Assembly: GCA_017499595.2 (NCBI GenBank)
Contig: CM038999.1
Location: 2,790,001 to 2,854,000, forward strand
Source: Psilocybe cubensis
Taxonomy: Eukaryota
Direction of reading: 5' to 3'
Length of the DNA: 64,000 nt
Positions within the stretch are counted from its first letter, which is position 1. Every line of letters begins with the position of its first letter. A program made the position numbers and the translations under genes. A model generated the notes under the pieces. The model had not been told where the DNA came from, did no database searches, and was given only the letters and a program-made list of their open reading frames with translations. This document shows positions 62,915 to 64,000 of the stretch, piece by piece.

Positions 62915-64000
62915 AAGACTAGTCTTATGACCTCCTCCGGCCCCGCGCGCTATCCACATCGGCATGCAGCTTGCGAGCATTCCTGCCACGAAATTGATCT
63001 TGGAACCGTCACTGTGCAGACTCCACCCGCCTCTAGTTTGCTGTTTGTTGTAGTATCAGGACATTCCCAATTATGATAAAATTACAGTTGGTCTAATGAC
63101 AGTTCACCTATTTGTATATCGAGGATTGCTGATTTTTCGGCGTCGAATCTCGGCGAAGGAGTCCCTTCGCTCTCGTGTCAAGACACTGCGACTTGCTTTA
63201 CTCATGTCATTCCTACCCTCAGATAAAGTTATCCCATTTCGATAGTGTAGGCTTTTTATACATCGCAGGACCCATGTGCACTTTTCGATACTTACCTGAC
63301 TTACCCACCTGAACAAATATAGTGAAGGTCTCGTCCCTCTTTCTATTCAATTCAATTTACTGTTTCTAATTCTCTACAATTAATCTATTCAGCTGCTGCC
63401 ACTTTATGGGACGTCATTGGTCACCTGAAGATGCTGAAACGTTCAGAAAGTCTACCACCAATCTGGATCGTGTTATATTCTGTGTGTGGACGATACATTG
63501 TCGAGTATTTTAACACATGGACCGCCTATCAAAACCACAGGATAGCATACATGCCCGATAGTGATTCTGATATTGATTGGTGGGCTTTTCGAGGATGATG
63601 GCAGGTCATTCTCCTGCCGACCTGGCTCTGGTAAAGGTTTCACCATTACATTCGAAACCCTCATTTGTTCCCCGCCGAGTGTCTCTCGTTCATATGGGGT
63701 CCGAATTTACAGGTTTGCATTGGTGGCGGCATTAGGTCATGTGCAACATCTGGTCATCGTTTGACGTAACTTTGCGATGCGGCGGGGGAAGGGATCGAGC
63801 TCGAGCCGTGGGTTTTCTGGGCCTATCTCACCCTATGCTGCTCTAGGACATAGTCTCCCAGATATCAACGACTCTCACGTCAAGAACAGCGACCCACAGA
63901 GTCTTTCGCTCGGGTTGCCGCCGACCCTTCAGCCGAAAGAGTTGGTGTTTCGAACATTTTTACCAAATGATAAATTCATGCATAGGCGGAACAAGTCATG

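Noticed and set aside
63288..63300. ATACTTACCTG, matching the U1 snRNA 5' end
   Set aside because: Downstream sequence lacks U1 stem-loops and an Sm site; better read as a minus-strand 5' splice-site consensus.
63625..63645. U5 loop-1-like CCTTTACCAGAG on the minus strand
   Set aside because: Does not match the invariant GCCUUUUAC and has no closing stem.
1..64000. Pheromone (CAAX) precursors, MSDIN-type RiPP precursors, TGA-CTA readthrough peroxisomal signals, intact transposons, CRISPR arrays
   Set aside because: Looked for by eye in the ORF track, intergenic tracts and most stop-codon contexts; none found, though very short ORFs could have been missed.

Overview
Intron-rich eukaryotic DNA from a mushroom-forming basidiomycete (Agaricomycetes, probably Agaricales). 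This is inferred from short ~50-nt GT-AG introns with CTRAC-type branch sites, micro-exons, DUF6533 and F-box genes, and basidiomycete-type orthologues. The window is mostly a housekeeping block. It holds a DUF6533 membrane protein, a Trk K+ transporter, eIF4G, an AAA+ ATPase, Nab2/ZC3H14, a Pcl-type cyclin, an Mpr1-like GNAT acetyltransferase and a Tda10-like kinase. It also holds Rer1, PIG-U, a cysteine synthase-like protein, a CoA-binding protein, a GH18 chitinase, a C2H2 transcription factor, a mitochondrial carrier, an F-box protein, a DUF3844 protein, several orphan genes, and tRNA-Gly(GCC) and tRNA-Val(AAC). Gene-poor or degenerate tracts lie at about 28.2-32.3, 36.5-39.5 and 41.8-46.5 kb. 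I see no intact transposon, CRISPR array or biosynthetic cluster, and I cannot claim a confirmed new system. The best lead is post-transcriptional: a dense (U)GCAU cluster in the cyclin 3' region, resembling the Whi3-CLN3 module of ascomycetes. Other leads are a double-GATA element upstream of the acetyltransferase, a head-to-head pair of orphan nuclear proteins, tRNAs bordering the gene-poor tracts, two GC-AG introns and a candidate microprotein. All gene models were spliced by eye; no database searches were run.
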